Source: an uncultured Acidobacteriota bacterium
GTDB taxonomy: Bacteria > Acidobacteriota > Vicinamibacteria > Vicinamibacterales > SCN-69-37
Direction of reading: 5' to 3'
Length of the DNA stretch: 64,000 nt
Assembly (NCBI GenBank): GCA_963724645.1
Contig: CAVRVJ010000005.1
Location: 397,472 to 461,471 of the forward strand
This document shows positions 38,754-47,284 of this stretch, piece by piece (position 1 is the first letter of the stretch; each line of letters starts with the position of its first letter). The notes under the pieces are model-generated. The model was not told the DNA's origin. It saw only the letters and a program-made list of their open reading frames with translations, and did no database searches. The translations under genes were made by a program, and so were the position numbers.

Positions 38754-41195
38754 CTAATCGTTGCGCAGCACGATTAGCGGATTCGTCCGAGTCGCCAGCC
38801 GCGTCGGTGGAAGCGTGGCTATCACGGTCGAGCCGACCAGCGCCGCCGCCGTACCGAGCAGCACGAGCGGGTCGGTGGGTGCCACTTCGAACAAGAGCGG
38901 TTGGACGAGGCGACCGGCGGCAAGAGCGGCTGCCACGCCGAGTCCTGCGCCCAGAAACCCGATGATCAGTGCCTGCCGCAACACGAGGGTGCGAACGCTC
39001 GAGGGCGCCGCGCCGAGCGCCATCCGGATACCAATCTCGCGACGGCGCTGTCGTACGAAGAATGCCATGACGCCGTACGTGCCGATCACCGAGAGCACGA
39101 AACCGAGCGTGGCGAAGGCCACGACGAGCGCGGACTGAAAGCGGGGCCGGGCAAGCGGGGCCGCGAGCATGCTCGGCAGAGGCGTGACACTCGTGACCGC
39201 CGCATCAGGCTCCGCCGTCTTCACAGCCTGCCGAAGCACGCCGGCGATTGACGTCGGGTGCGCCGTACGCACGGCCAGGAATGACACGCCCACGGGAAGG
39301 CCCTGGAGGTAGGGCACGTAAATACTCGGACGCAACGTTCTCAAGTCGCGGTAGCGCGTGTCAGCCACCAGACCAACGACGGTCCGCCACTTCCCCGCCG
39401 ATCGTTCGTGCGCAAACTCGACCCGCCGGCCGATCGGATCCTGACCACGCCAGAACAGACGCGCGAAACTCTCGTTAACCACCAGAACGAGTTGGCTGCC
39501 CGCACGGTCCTGGGCCTCGATCCCACGGCCCCTGAGGATCGGCAGGCCCAGCGTCGCGAAGTAATAAGGATCGGCGCCTTCGTAGTTGACGAATGGGTTG
39601 GTGGATTCGTCGAGGCGCTGGCCTTCGGCGTACACAATCGCATCGACGCCTTGAGTACCGGCGAAAGGTTGGGTCGCCAGCGCGCTGGCATGGGAGACAC
39701 CCGGCAGCGTCGACACATACTCCGCCAACCGCACCATGGCGCGTTGGAGGTCCGCGGGGCTTGGATAGCGCGACGAAGGCAAGGCAACTTCCGCGAGCGC
39801 AACGTCCGCAGGGGCGAATCCGAGCGGCAGCCGCTGCATCCGATCGAAGCTCCTGAGGAGCAGCCCCGCCGTCGACAGGATGAGCGTGGCGATCGCGACC
39901 TGCGCGACCACAAGCCCGTGCCGAAGCCAATACTGGCGCGTGCCACGGGCGGTGGTCTGGTCGGACATGCGCAGGGCGTCCGCCGGTTCGCCGCGCGCCG
40001 TGTGCAGAGCCGGGAGGACGCCGAACAGCAAGGCCGTCACGATCGCGGCGACGCTGGCGAACCAGAGGGCTCGGCCATCAATCGCAATGGACGCAAGCCG
40101 AGGCAACTCCGGTGGTGCGAGAGAAAGAAGGCCAATGAGCGCCAACCGGGCCGCGAACACGGCCAGCCCGGCGCCCGCCGCCGAGAGCACCAATGCCTCA
40201 ATGACGAGTTGGCGCACAAGCCGACCACGACTCGCGCCGATGGCTGTGCGCACGGCGAATTCCCGCCGGCGGGCAAGGCCGCGCAGGAGCAGCAGGTTGG
40301 CCACGTTCACTCCAGCCACGATCAACATGAGCAAGACGACGACGCCGAGCACCAGTAGCCCTGGCCTGACGTCGCCGACCACGGCGTGGGCGAAGGGCAT
40401 CGCGACGATGCGCTGGTTGCCGCTCACGCCGGATTCTGTCTTGAGCGAGATCATCACCGACTGCAGATCCGCTCGGGCCTGATCGATCGTGAATCCCGGC
40501 GCTATACGCGCCATCAAGTTCCAGTCAACGTAATGAGAGTCACGAAACGGCGCGGCCGGCATCCACGCCTCCGACCCGCGCGGATACTCGAAGCCTGCCG
40601 GAGTCACGCCGACGACCCTGCACGAGCCTTCGTCCACGCGGAGAGTACGGCCGAGCGCATTTCGAACGTTGCCGAACAAGCGCTCGGCGAGACCGCTCGC
40701 GAGCACGATGACAGGCTCCGCACCATCGCGGTCGTCAGAGGGCGTCAACAAGCGGCCAACCCGAGGTTGAACGCCGACCACGTCAAACCATTCGCCGGTC
40801 ACGGCCGTGCGCTGCAACGACTCAGCCGATCCATCATCACGGTGCAGGACGGCCGTCAGAGTGTCCGCATATGGGTGCGCTGCGAGGCTGCTGACTGCGT
40901 GCAGCCGCTCGCGCATGGCCTCATAGGTTCGGTACTTGAAGGGCCAGTTCTCCATTCCGCGATCCGGCGCCGACTTCCAGACCACGAGCAGGCGCTGCTG
41001 ATCCTTGACTGGAAATGGCTTGAGCAACACCCCATCGACGACCCCGAATACCGCCGTCGCCGCACCGATGCCCAGCGCCAGCGTCAACGCAGCCGCTGCC
41101 GCAAAGCCGGGATGCGCGAGAAACAGGCGGAGCGCGTATCGAACGTCGCCGCTGAGGTCTTCCATGTCGCGCATCCACGCCGATCGATTCACCAT
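38754..41195 (-). CDS. ADOP-family duplicated FtsX/MacB-type ABC transporter permease
   Basis: Intact 813-aa ORF. N-terminus '...DVRYALRLFLAHPGFAAAAALTLALGIGAATAVF' and two FtsX-like 4-TM modules. The start may be one of the internal Met codons (MRDMEDL). Confidence 0.85.
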   Translation of the reverse strand: MVNRSAWMRDMEDLSGDVRYALRLFLAHPGFAAAAALTLALGIGAATAVFGVVDGVLLKPFPVKDQQRLLVVWKSAPDRGMENWPFKYRTYEAMRERLHAVSSLAAHPYADTLTAVLHRDDGSAESLQRTAVTGEWFDVVGVQPRVGRLLTPSDDRDGAEPVIVLASGLAERLFGNVRNALGRTLRVDEGSCRVVGVTPAGFEYPRGSEAWMPAAPFRDSHYVDWNLMARIAPGFTIDQARADLQSVMISLKTESGVSGNQRIVAMPFAHAVVGDVRPGLLVLGVVVLLMLIVAGVNVANLLLLRGLARRREFAVRTAIGASRGRLVRQLVIEALVLSAAGAGLAVFAARLALIGLLSLAPPELPRLASIAIDGRALWFASVAAIVTALLFGVLPALHTARGEPADALRMSDQTTARGTRQYWLRHGLVVAQVAIATLILSTAGLLLRSFDRMQRLPLGFAPADVALAEVALPSSRYPSPADLQRAMVRLAEYVSTLPGVSHASALATQPFAGTQGVDAIVYAEGQRLDESTNPFVNYEGADPYYFATLGLPILRGRGIEAQDRAGSQLVLVVNESFARLFWRGQDPIGRRVEFAHERSAGKWRTVVGLVADTRYRDLRTLRPSIYVPYLQGLPVGVSFLAVRTAHPTSIAGVLRQAVKTAEPDAAVTSVTPLPSMLAAPLARPRFQSALVVAFATLGFVLSVIGTYGVMAFFVRQRRREIGIRMALGAAPSSVRTLVLRQALIIGFLGAGLGVAAALAAGRLVQPLLFEVAPTDPLVLLGTAAALVGSTVIATLPPTRLATRTNPLIVLRND

Positions 41196-41364
41196 CCTGC
41201 GGACTCCTTGATTCGGCGCCGAACCTCAGCGCTGAATGCCGACCCTGTTGTGGGCCTTCTGAGCGGCCAAGTCAAGCCCGGCCACCTGTTCGCGCTTGCT
41301 CCCAAAACGCGCTCGGATTGGTCTCCGCATACGGTGAGGCTGGAAAGACACCGAGCCTGGAGGC

Positions 41365-43332
41365 TCATGGGCGGTTGCCGTCAGTCGTCCAATGCCACGT
41401 GCCGAGCGCAAATGAGAGGCGGCGCGGATCGCGGTTGTCGCGGCGACCGCCATCCGGCGACGGAGGTTCCGCCGGGTGAAACGTGAGCTCGTGTTCTCCG
41501 GGAGTGAGGGTCAGCGAGCCGAGGTGATAGACCTGACGTGATGGTTCCACCTGCAGCGACGGCCTCGGCCGGCCGTCGAGCCGCAAATCCAACTGCCGCG
41601 AGTGCCTGAACGCCCAGAGCTCCACATCGAGGGCGGCCACGACCACATTGTGGCTTCGATTGATGACCGTCCAGGCCGCGTCCGCACCCATCCAACGCCA
41701 GCTCATCCGCTCATCGTGTTCGCGCACGAAGAAACCAGTCAGGACCGCGGTATATGCGGAAGGGGGAGACGCCGTGATCGTGAACAGATCCGCGAGACGG
41801 AAAGGGCGCTCCAGACGCAATCCGCCTGCCAATGGTGCCCGCGCGAACCAGTGTGCTTCGTCGGTGCCATGTCGGACGAGCAGATGGGTGAAGCCGGCGG
41901 CCGACAGCCGTTCGGCAAAGTTCGGCTCGAGGCAGTCATCGAGCGTTCCGCCGCGCAGGACAATTCGACCGCCTGTGAGCCATTGGATCGACGCCGACTC
42001 CTCATCAAGGGGGCTGCAGTCGAACGCTCTGGCACCTGCGTGCTGGACAACCCATCGATGCGCGGGCGTCGGCAGCACGTCACGCCACAATGCACCCGGC
42101 CAGATGGTGTACTCGCCGGCAGTGAGCGCCAGAAGCGTGACGCACGCGATGCTCGCACCTCGTGTTCCGGCGCGCCAAAGACGTTCCGCGCCGATCGCCG
42201 CCAGGAGCGCCGTCAGGAGCTGGACGACAACACCGAAGCGCGCATAGGAGCGGAACATCGGCAATGCATCGTAGAGGACGGCGGATGGCCACTTGACGCT
42301 GAATCGACCGATCGTGCTTTCGGGCGGGAGCGAGCAGACGAATGCGACGAGTGCGGTGATCAGCAACACCGGCACGGCCGCCAGCCGTTTCTCATCCCGG
42401 CCGTGGATCAGCCACGAAAATACCGCGACGGATCCCAAAGCGACCAGCCCCCAACCAAGGCTGACCTGCTGTTCGAGCAGCCCTTCGCGCGTGCCGGCCG
42501 CGGCCCATACCGCGCCCGCGACGCCGCCAAGAAATGGGTTCGCGACCGGAGGCACCAGATAGCTCCACCAGGTCGCGCTATATCGGAACAGATCGCTTCG
42601 GCCGAATGCAAATATCGCGGGATTGATCACCACGTCGTGGGCGGCGTGCCAGGCATAAGCGATTCCGGCGCCCGCAATGACAATAAGGCTGCCAATCGTG
42701 ACGGCGAGTCGTCGAGCCGAATGGGCCTGGCGTCGCGAGATGACGATCCAGTAGCTGACGATCGCCACCGGGGTGATGGCCGCTGCGATCAATCCGCCGT
42801 AAAAATTTGAGAGCACCACCGCCGCGCACGCAACCGCGAGGAGTCCGACCGCCGCGGCCGTGGGTGTGTCGAGACACCGCCAGAGCACGAGGATGTAGAG
42901 CGCCACCCATTGGGTCTGCGCAATGTGGGGGTGGTACGCCGCGTGTGCGAGGTGGAAGGGTGAAAAGGCGAACGCCATCGCGGCGAAGGCTGCGCCTGGA
43001 GGTGAGACCGCGAGGTGGCGCGCGAGCAGATACGACGTTGCGGCGGAGAGCGGGAACGTCAAGAGGACAAGCCAGTTGTACGCGGCCACTGGACCAGCCA
43101 TCCGCGCGAACAGCCTGCCCGGCAGATCGGTGAATGGCTGAAAGTACACGCCGCCCAGGACGGGGCGCGAGAACTGCTCCATCACGGTGAACGGATCGTG
43201 GTGGCGCCCGACGATTTCCATTCCGAAGATTCGGTCCGATGGCGCGAGGAGCACTGGAGCCGCGACGACGAGCGTGATGATGACGGCGAGCGCCACGACC
43301 GCGCTCACCTCAACGACACGACCGGTGGTCAT
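41365..43332 (-). CDS. Large polytopic membrane protein (GT-C/YfhO-like fold suspected) with a C-terminal extracytoplasmic domain
   Basis: About 13 hydrophobic helices followed by a ~250-aa soluble region. ATG 43332 overlaps the stop of the upstream exosortase-fusion gene (ATGA, 43329-43332). Confidence 0.6.
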   Translation of the reverse strand: MTTGRVVEVSAVVALAVIITLVVAAPVLLAPSDRIFGMEIVGRHHDPFTVMEQFSRPVLGGVYFQPFTDLPGRLFARMAGPVAAYNWLVLLTFPLSAATSYLLARHLAVSPPGAAFAAMAFAFSPFHLAHAAYHPHIAQTQWVALYILVLWRCLDTPTAAAVGLLAVACAAVVLSNFYGGLIAAAITPVAIVSYWIVISRRQAHSARRLAVTIGSLIVIAGAGIAYAWHAAHDVVINPAIFAFGRSDLFRYSATWWSYLVPPVANPFLGGVAGAVWAAAGTREGLLEQQVSLGWGLVALGSVAVFSWLIHGRDEKRLAAVPVLLITALVAFVCSLPPESTIGRFSVKWPSAVLYDALPMFRSYARFGVVVQLLTALLAAIGAERLWRAGTRGASIACVTLLALTAGEYTIWPGALWRDVLPTPAHRWVVQHAGARAFDCSPLDEESASIQWLTGGRIVLRGGTLDDCLEPNFAERLSAAGFTHLLVRHGTDEAHWFARAPLAGGLRLERPFRLADLFTITASPPSAYTAVLTGFFVREHDERMSWRWMGADAAWTVINRSHNVVVAALDVELWAFRHSRQLDLRLDGRPRPSLQVEPSRQVYHLGSLTLTPGEHELTFHPAEPPSPDGGRRDNRDPRRLSFALGTWHWTTDGNRP

Positions 43333-45125
43333 CCTCTTGGAATCACTCTCACGTCCACGTCCCGAGCGCCAAGCGCCGAGGCGAGTTTCTCCTTCCACGG
43401 CCACTCGGCGTGGGGCCGACAGCAGTACAGATCGAACGCGGCGAAAGCCTGTTCAGGGTACGTGTGTACGCTCAGGTGCGACTCCGACAGCATGGTGATG
43501 CCGGTGATGCCACCCTCGCCGGGAAACGCGTGCCACATCGGCGCGCCGACCGGCGTCAGGCCGAGCGACTCGACGACGTCGCGCAACAGTGCCTGCAAGA
43601 TAGCGGGCGACCGCAGGGCGTCCGGGTCGCACCCGGACGCGTCGACGACGTAGACGACGCCGGTCGATCGAACAGCCGCCCGTGCCGCTGCCGCCGGCGA
43701 CGTCCTCGGTGTGTCGAAGACGTCGACGCCCTGATAGCCGCGCCCGCGCGGGCCAGCCGCTGAGGTCCAGAAAAGCGCGACGATAGCCGGGACGCCGAGC
43801 GCCCAGCCCCGCACGATAACTGCGTGGGGCATGACACCCCACTGCGCATGCACGGCGGCGGCTCCTACGATGAAGCCGATCTGGGATCCGAGAAGCCAGC
43901 CGAGCCCGACAGCGAGTGCGCGCCACGCCCGTCCGCCAGTGAGGGCCAGCCACAGACCGCACGCGAGGGCGAGTTGGTAGCCGGGCATCAGCGCGAGCGC
44001 GCCCTGCTGATCGCCGGCGCTCGCGAGCGGAAGCGGCGCGATGTGGAAGCGGTTGGCCACGCCGCCCGCGACCCACTCGACGACGCTCCGCCAAGGCGTC
44101 GCCGCGACCACACCAACGGCGAGCGCTGCCCCCAGGACCGAAACGGAGGTCCACGACGATCGGGCCGTCGGGCCGTGCCGCGTCGCCCAGTGCGCAGCAC
44201 CGACGAGAACAACGGCGCCGGCAACGAACTGATAAAACCCGTGCGCCAGGTGCATCGGCGATTCGGCGACAAACGGCGGAAGGGCGACGACCAGCAGGCG
44301 CGCGACACTCAGCCCGAAAAACAGCGGCACGCCAAGAAACAGCCAGCCGATCCGTCGGTCACGGGGCATCGGCAGCGCGCACAGCGCCGCCGCATACAGG
44401 GGGATCATGGGCGTGAAGAGACACTCTGGCGTGACTTGGAAGCTGCCGCGCCCGCTGAACAGCACGTTGCCCGTCGTTTGAACGCTGACGCCGAGCGTGG
44501 AGAGCACCAGGCCTCCCACGCTCGTAGTCAAGGCCCCCACGCCGACGAGGGTCGAGCTCTGGAATGCCCACGGCAGCGAGGCGGCGTACGCGGCGAGCGC
44601 CACGGCCGCGAACAGGCCGAAGCGTAGCAATCGGCGATCGACCACGACCGATCGGCGATCACTCCACCGGATCCACGCCATCACGTATCCAACGGCCGCC
44701 AGGACGAGCGCAACCGGCCACACATACAGGTGCAGCAGGTCGAACCGCGCTGGATCGGACACGACCAGATACAGCGATTCGATACGCATCATATTCAAGG
44801 CAAGGATCAGGGCGAGTCCGCCGGCTGCGCCGGCGATGCGCCGGGGCCAAACGGCCGGATAGGCGAGCGTGACGCCCACGCATAAGGCCATCACGTCGGC
44901 GCCGCTGCAACTGGAGTTGACGACGATCCCCTTGTGTTCGGCGATCCCGTACCACATGACCACGGACTTCTGAAACTCGATGAGCGCCGTGATCACGTGT
45001 GCCTGGATCCACTCCAGTCGAAGGAGCCCGAAGAGCGCGACGTTCCAGACGAGCGCGCGGAGCAGGAAGCGGCCGGCGTGGTCGGGTACCGCCCGGTTCG
45101 CGATGGCGTGGGCGTGCGCCGTCAT
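43329..45125 (-). CDS. Exosortase-like membrane protein (two tandem exosortase-like modules) fused to a C-terminal S-adenosylmethionine decarboxylase (SpeH/SpeD class 1) domain
   Basis: Module 1 has 'VVNSSCSGADV' (Cys), 'LALNMMRIESL' (Asn/Arg) and 'FDLLHLYVWP' (His). Module 2 has 'FQVTPECLFTP', 'LSVARLLVV' and 'MHLAHGFYQ'. The C-terminus reads 'VVYVVDASGCDP...GITGITMLSESHLSVHTYPEQAFAAFDLYCC...RVIPRG'. RBS 'gaggaag' precedes ATG 45125. Confidence 0.7.
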   Translation of the reverse strand: MTAHAHAIANRAVPDHAGRFLLRALVWNVALFGLLRLEWIQAHVITALIEFQKSVVMWYGIAEHKGIVVNSSCSGADVMALCVGVTLAYPAVWPRRIAGAAGGLALILALNMMRIESLYLVVSDPARFDLLHLYVWPVALVLAAVGYVMAWIRWSDRRSVVVDRRLLRFGLFAAVALAAYAASLPWAFQSSTLVGVGALTTSVGGLVLSTLGVSVQTTGNVLFSGRGSFQVTPECLFTPMIPLYAAALCALPMPRDRRIGWLFLGVPLFFGLSVARLLVVALPPFVAESPMHLAHGFYQFVAGAVVLVGAAHWATRHGPTARSSWTSVSVLGAALAVGVVAATPWRSVVEWVAGGVANRFHIAPLPLASAGDQQGALALMPGYQLALACGLWLALTGGRAWRALAVGLGWLLGSQIGFIVGAAAVHAQWGVMPHAVIVRGWALGVPAIVALFWTSAAGPRGRGYQGVDVFDTPRTSPAAAARAAVRSTGVVYVVDASGCDPDALRSPAILQALLRDVVESLGLTPVGAPMWHAFPGEGGITGITMLSESHLSVHTYPEQAFAAFDLYCCRPHAEWPWKEKLASALGARDVDVRVIPRG

Positions 45126-45182
45126 CGGCGAGCCGCTTCCTCACCCGTCATCAAGGGTCTGCGAAGGGAAACCCTCTTCACA

Positions 45183-45791
45183 TCATGCCGTCAAGATGCG
45201 CCGTCGCAGCGCGATGTACGCGCCCGCCATCATCAGCAGCGCACACACTCCGAGCATCCAGACCGGAAGCGTGGGAACGGCGCTCCCGACCGCGGGGAGG
45301 AAGCCGCGAATTTCACCGCCCGGGTTGTTGGCCGTGTGGATGTTGACGTAGGCCCGCCCCGCCGTGATCCCCGCCACCAACGCCGCTTCGGCGCTGGCCG
45401 GCGTGCCGCCGTTGGCGGTAATGAATGCTGGGTTCCAGCTGCCCGCCTGCGTCATGTCGTATGTCTGGTCCATGCTGCCGCTCGTGACGCCCAGAGGAAA
45501 GCCCACGAACGAAGGCGTTGTTGTCGCGACGCCGGCATTTCCTGGCGGCACCACGCAGCAGTGGATATGAGAAGCCGTCGTGTTCGACGTCAGTCCGGAG
45601 AATGTGGTCGTGACGCGTACCGTATGTCCAGGTGCGTTCACGATGACGGTCGTGAAGCCCGTTCCCGGCGATGAAACAGCCGGGTTCTCGTTGGCGCCCG
45701 CGAGCGAGGCCTGAAAAACCTGCGCTTGAGCCACCGAAGCCAAGATCAGAAACACGAAGCTTGCCGCCAGTCGTTCGCATGTGCGTCGCAC
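45183..45791 (-). CDS. CHRD domain protein with IPTLxxW-type (IPTL/PEP-CTERM-like) C-terminal sorting signal
   Basis: GTG 45791 preceded by 'aggaga'. Signal peptide 'LAASFVFLILASVAQAQ'. CHRD motifs 'LAGANENPAVSSPGTG', 'ASHIHCC', 'YVNIHTANNPGGEIRGFL'. The C-terminus is 'VPTLPVWMLGVCALLMMAGAYIALRRRILTA'. Confidence 0.75.
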   Translation of the reverse strand: MRRTCERLAASFVFLILASVAQAQVFQASLAGANENPAVSSPGTGFTTVIVNAPGHTVRVTTTFSGLTSNTTASHIHCCVVPPGNAGVATTTPSFVGFPLGVTSGSMDQTYDMTQAGSWNPAFITANGGTPASAEAALVAGITAGRAYVNIHTANNPGGEIRGFLPAVGSAVPTLPVWMLGVCALLMMAGAYIALRRRILTA

Positions 45792-45948
45792 GTGTATCTC
45801 CTGCCCCGGCCTGGAACCTATCAAGCGGGATGTCCGTCTGGGCCGACCGGGATTCGCACATTTATACACGAAGCGACGCCGGCGTGCGGGTCAGATTTTC
45901 TGCCGCAAATTGCCCTGGCCCGAGGCCGCCTGCGGACCCCGACCCTTC

Positions 45949-46320
45949 TTATTCCTTCACGTCAACGCGTGTCGTCTGCACTTTCGACTGTTTTCCCTTT
46001 GTCACGCGCGTTTGCAGATTCCAAGAGCCGACCATGAAGAAATTGGCCTTGCCCTCATACACGCCCGGAGCGGTCATTCTCGCCGGCCACTTGTGTTCGC
46101 CGTGGTCCATGTCGATCATCGTCACGACCAACTCCACGGCCGCGCCTGACACCGGCTTGCGTTTTCCGTCATTCACGGTGACCTTCATCGGCGTGTCGTA
46201 GTTCGCGATGATCTTTTTTTGAGCCTCCGTGGTGATCGTCCAATCGGGAGCCATTTGGGCGGAGGCGCTGACGGCGAAGGTCAGCCACAACAGGTGGGCC
46301 ATGAATCTCATAGGGCTCAT
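45949..46320 (-). CDS. Secreted FixH/YtkA-like Ig-fold protein
   Basis: 123-aa ORF with signal peptide 'MAHLLWLTFAVSASAQ', then 'PVSGAAVELVVTMIDMDHGEHKWPARMTAPGVYEGKANFFMVGSWNL'. Confidence 0.45.
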   Translation of the reverse strand: MSPMRFMAHLLWLTFAVSASAQMAPDWTITTEAQKKIIANYDTPMKVTVNDGKRKPVSGAAVELVVTMIDMDHGEHKWPARMTAPGVYEGKANFFMVGSWNLQTRVTKGKQSKVQTTRVDVKE

Positions 46321-46512
46321 TTCTTCACCGCCGCCACCCAGATGTTACCGCGGCGCTCGGCCATCGCGCCGGCATGACGCGTGCCAGATCGCGCGTCTCG
46401 AAGGGAATCCTACGTGCGCTCGCCTCAACGACCGGCGATGAGTTCGACGCGGGCGAATGGACGCGACAAGTCTTTTGCTCTTTCCCACACGTTCCCATAG
46501 ACTCGCCTGCGT

Positions 46513-46956
46513 GTGAGCCGCATCGTGGAGGATTCACGCGCGCCTGACGACCCCCCACGCTTACCGGTGGTCAGGACGCCTCCTGGCGAGGCATCGGACC
46601 CGGTCGATCGAGCCGTGCTCGCGACGCTGGTTCTTGCGTTCGCGCCCGTGCACAAGGCCGCGCTTGGCGGTGCGGTCGGTATCACGCTCGGCGCGCTCGT
46701 CCTGACGCTGACGGCGTACCATCTGCTCGCGCAGCCGGAGCCCGCCCCTGATCTGCGGCTGCTGAACCAGTACTTCTTTGGCTACGCCGTCTCGTGGCCG
46801 GGCGCGTTCATTGGCGGTTTCTGGGCCGCCGTCGTGGGGTACGTCGCCGGCTGGTTCCTGGCGTTCCTGCGCAACCTCAGCGCCGCCACGATCCTGTTCA
46901 TGATTCGGACGCGCGCCGAATTGGAGCAGACCCGGGACTTCCTCGATCACATTTGA
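46513..46956 (+). CDS. Small membrane protein, paralog 1 of a three-member family
   Basis: 'ALGGAVGITLGALVLTLTAYHLL...LRLLNQYFFGYAVSWPGAFIGGFWAAVVGYVAGWFLAF'. Start is uncertain. Confidence 0.55.
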   Translation: MSRIVEDSRAPDDPPRLPVVRTPPGEASDPVDRAVLATLVLAFAPVHKAALGGAVGITLGALVLTLTAYHLLAQPEPAPDLRLLNQYFFGYAVSWPGAFIGGFWAAVVGYVAGWFLAFLRNLSAATILFMIRTRAELEQTRDFLDHI

Positions 46957-46964
46957 TCTCTCCC

Positions 46965-47273
46965 ATGACCGAGCATCTTTCACCCGACGAGGCCCGGGCC
47001 ATTCAACGGCAGGTGCGCCGCGTCAACGAGCAGGCGTGGGGCGTCGCCCTGGGAGCCTTGTCCGGTCTGGGCTTGTTCGCCGCGACCAACGTGCTGGTCC
47101 TGCGCGGCGGGTGGAACGTGGGAGCGCACCTGAGTTTGCTCCAGGTCTTCTTCCCGGGATACCGCGTGACATTCGTCGGGAGTCTGATCGGCTTCGTGTA
47201 CGCTTTCGTCCTGGGCTATGGCATCGGGTGGGCGATCGGGGCCCTGCTGGCGCGCTTCAATCGCGCGACGTGA
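46965..47273 (+). CDS. Small 2-TM membrane protein, paralog 2
   Basis: 'RRVNEQAWGVALGALSGLGLFAATNVLVLRGGWNVGAHLSLLQVFFPGYRVTFVGSLIGFVYAFVLGYGIGWAIG'. ATG 46965. Confidence 0.6.
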   Translation: MTEHLSPDEARAIQRQVRRVNEQAWGVALGALSGLGLFAATNVLVLRGGWNVGAHLSLLQVFFPGYRVTFVGSLIGFVYAFVLGYGIGWAIGALLARFNRAT

Positions 47274-47284
47274 CCCCACCGCCC

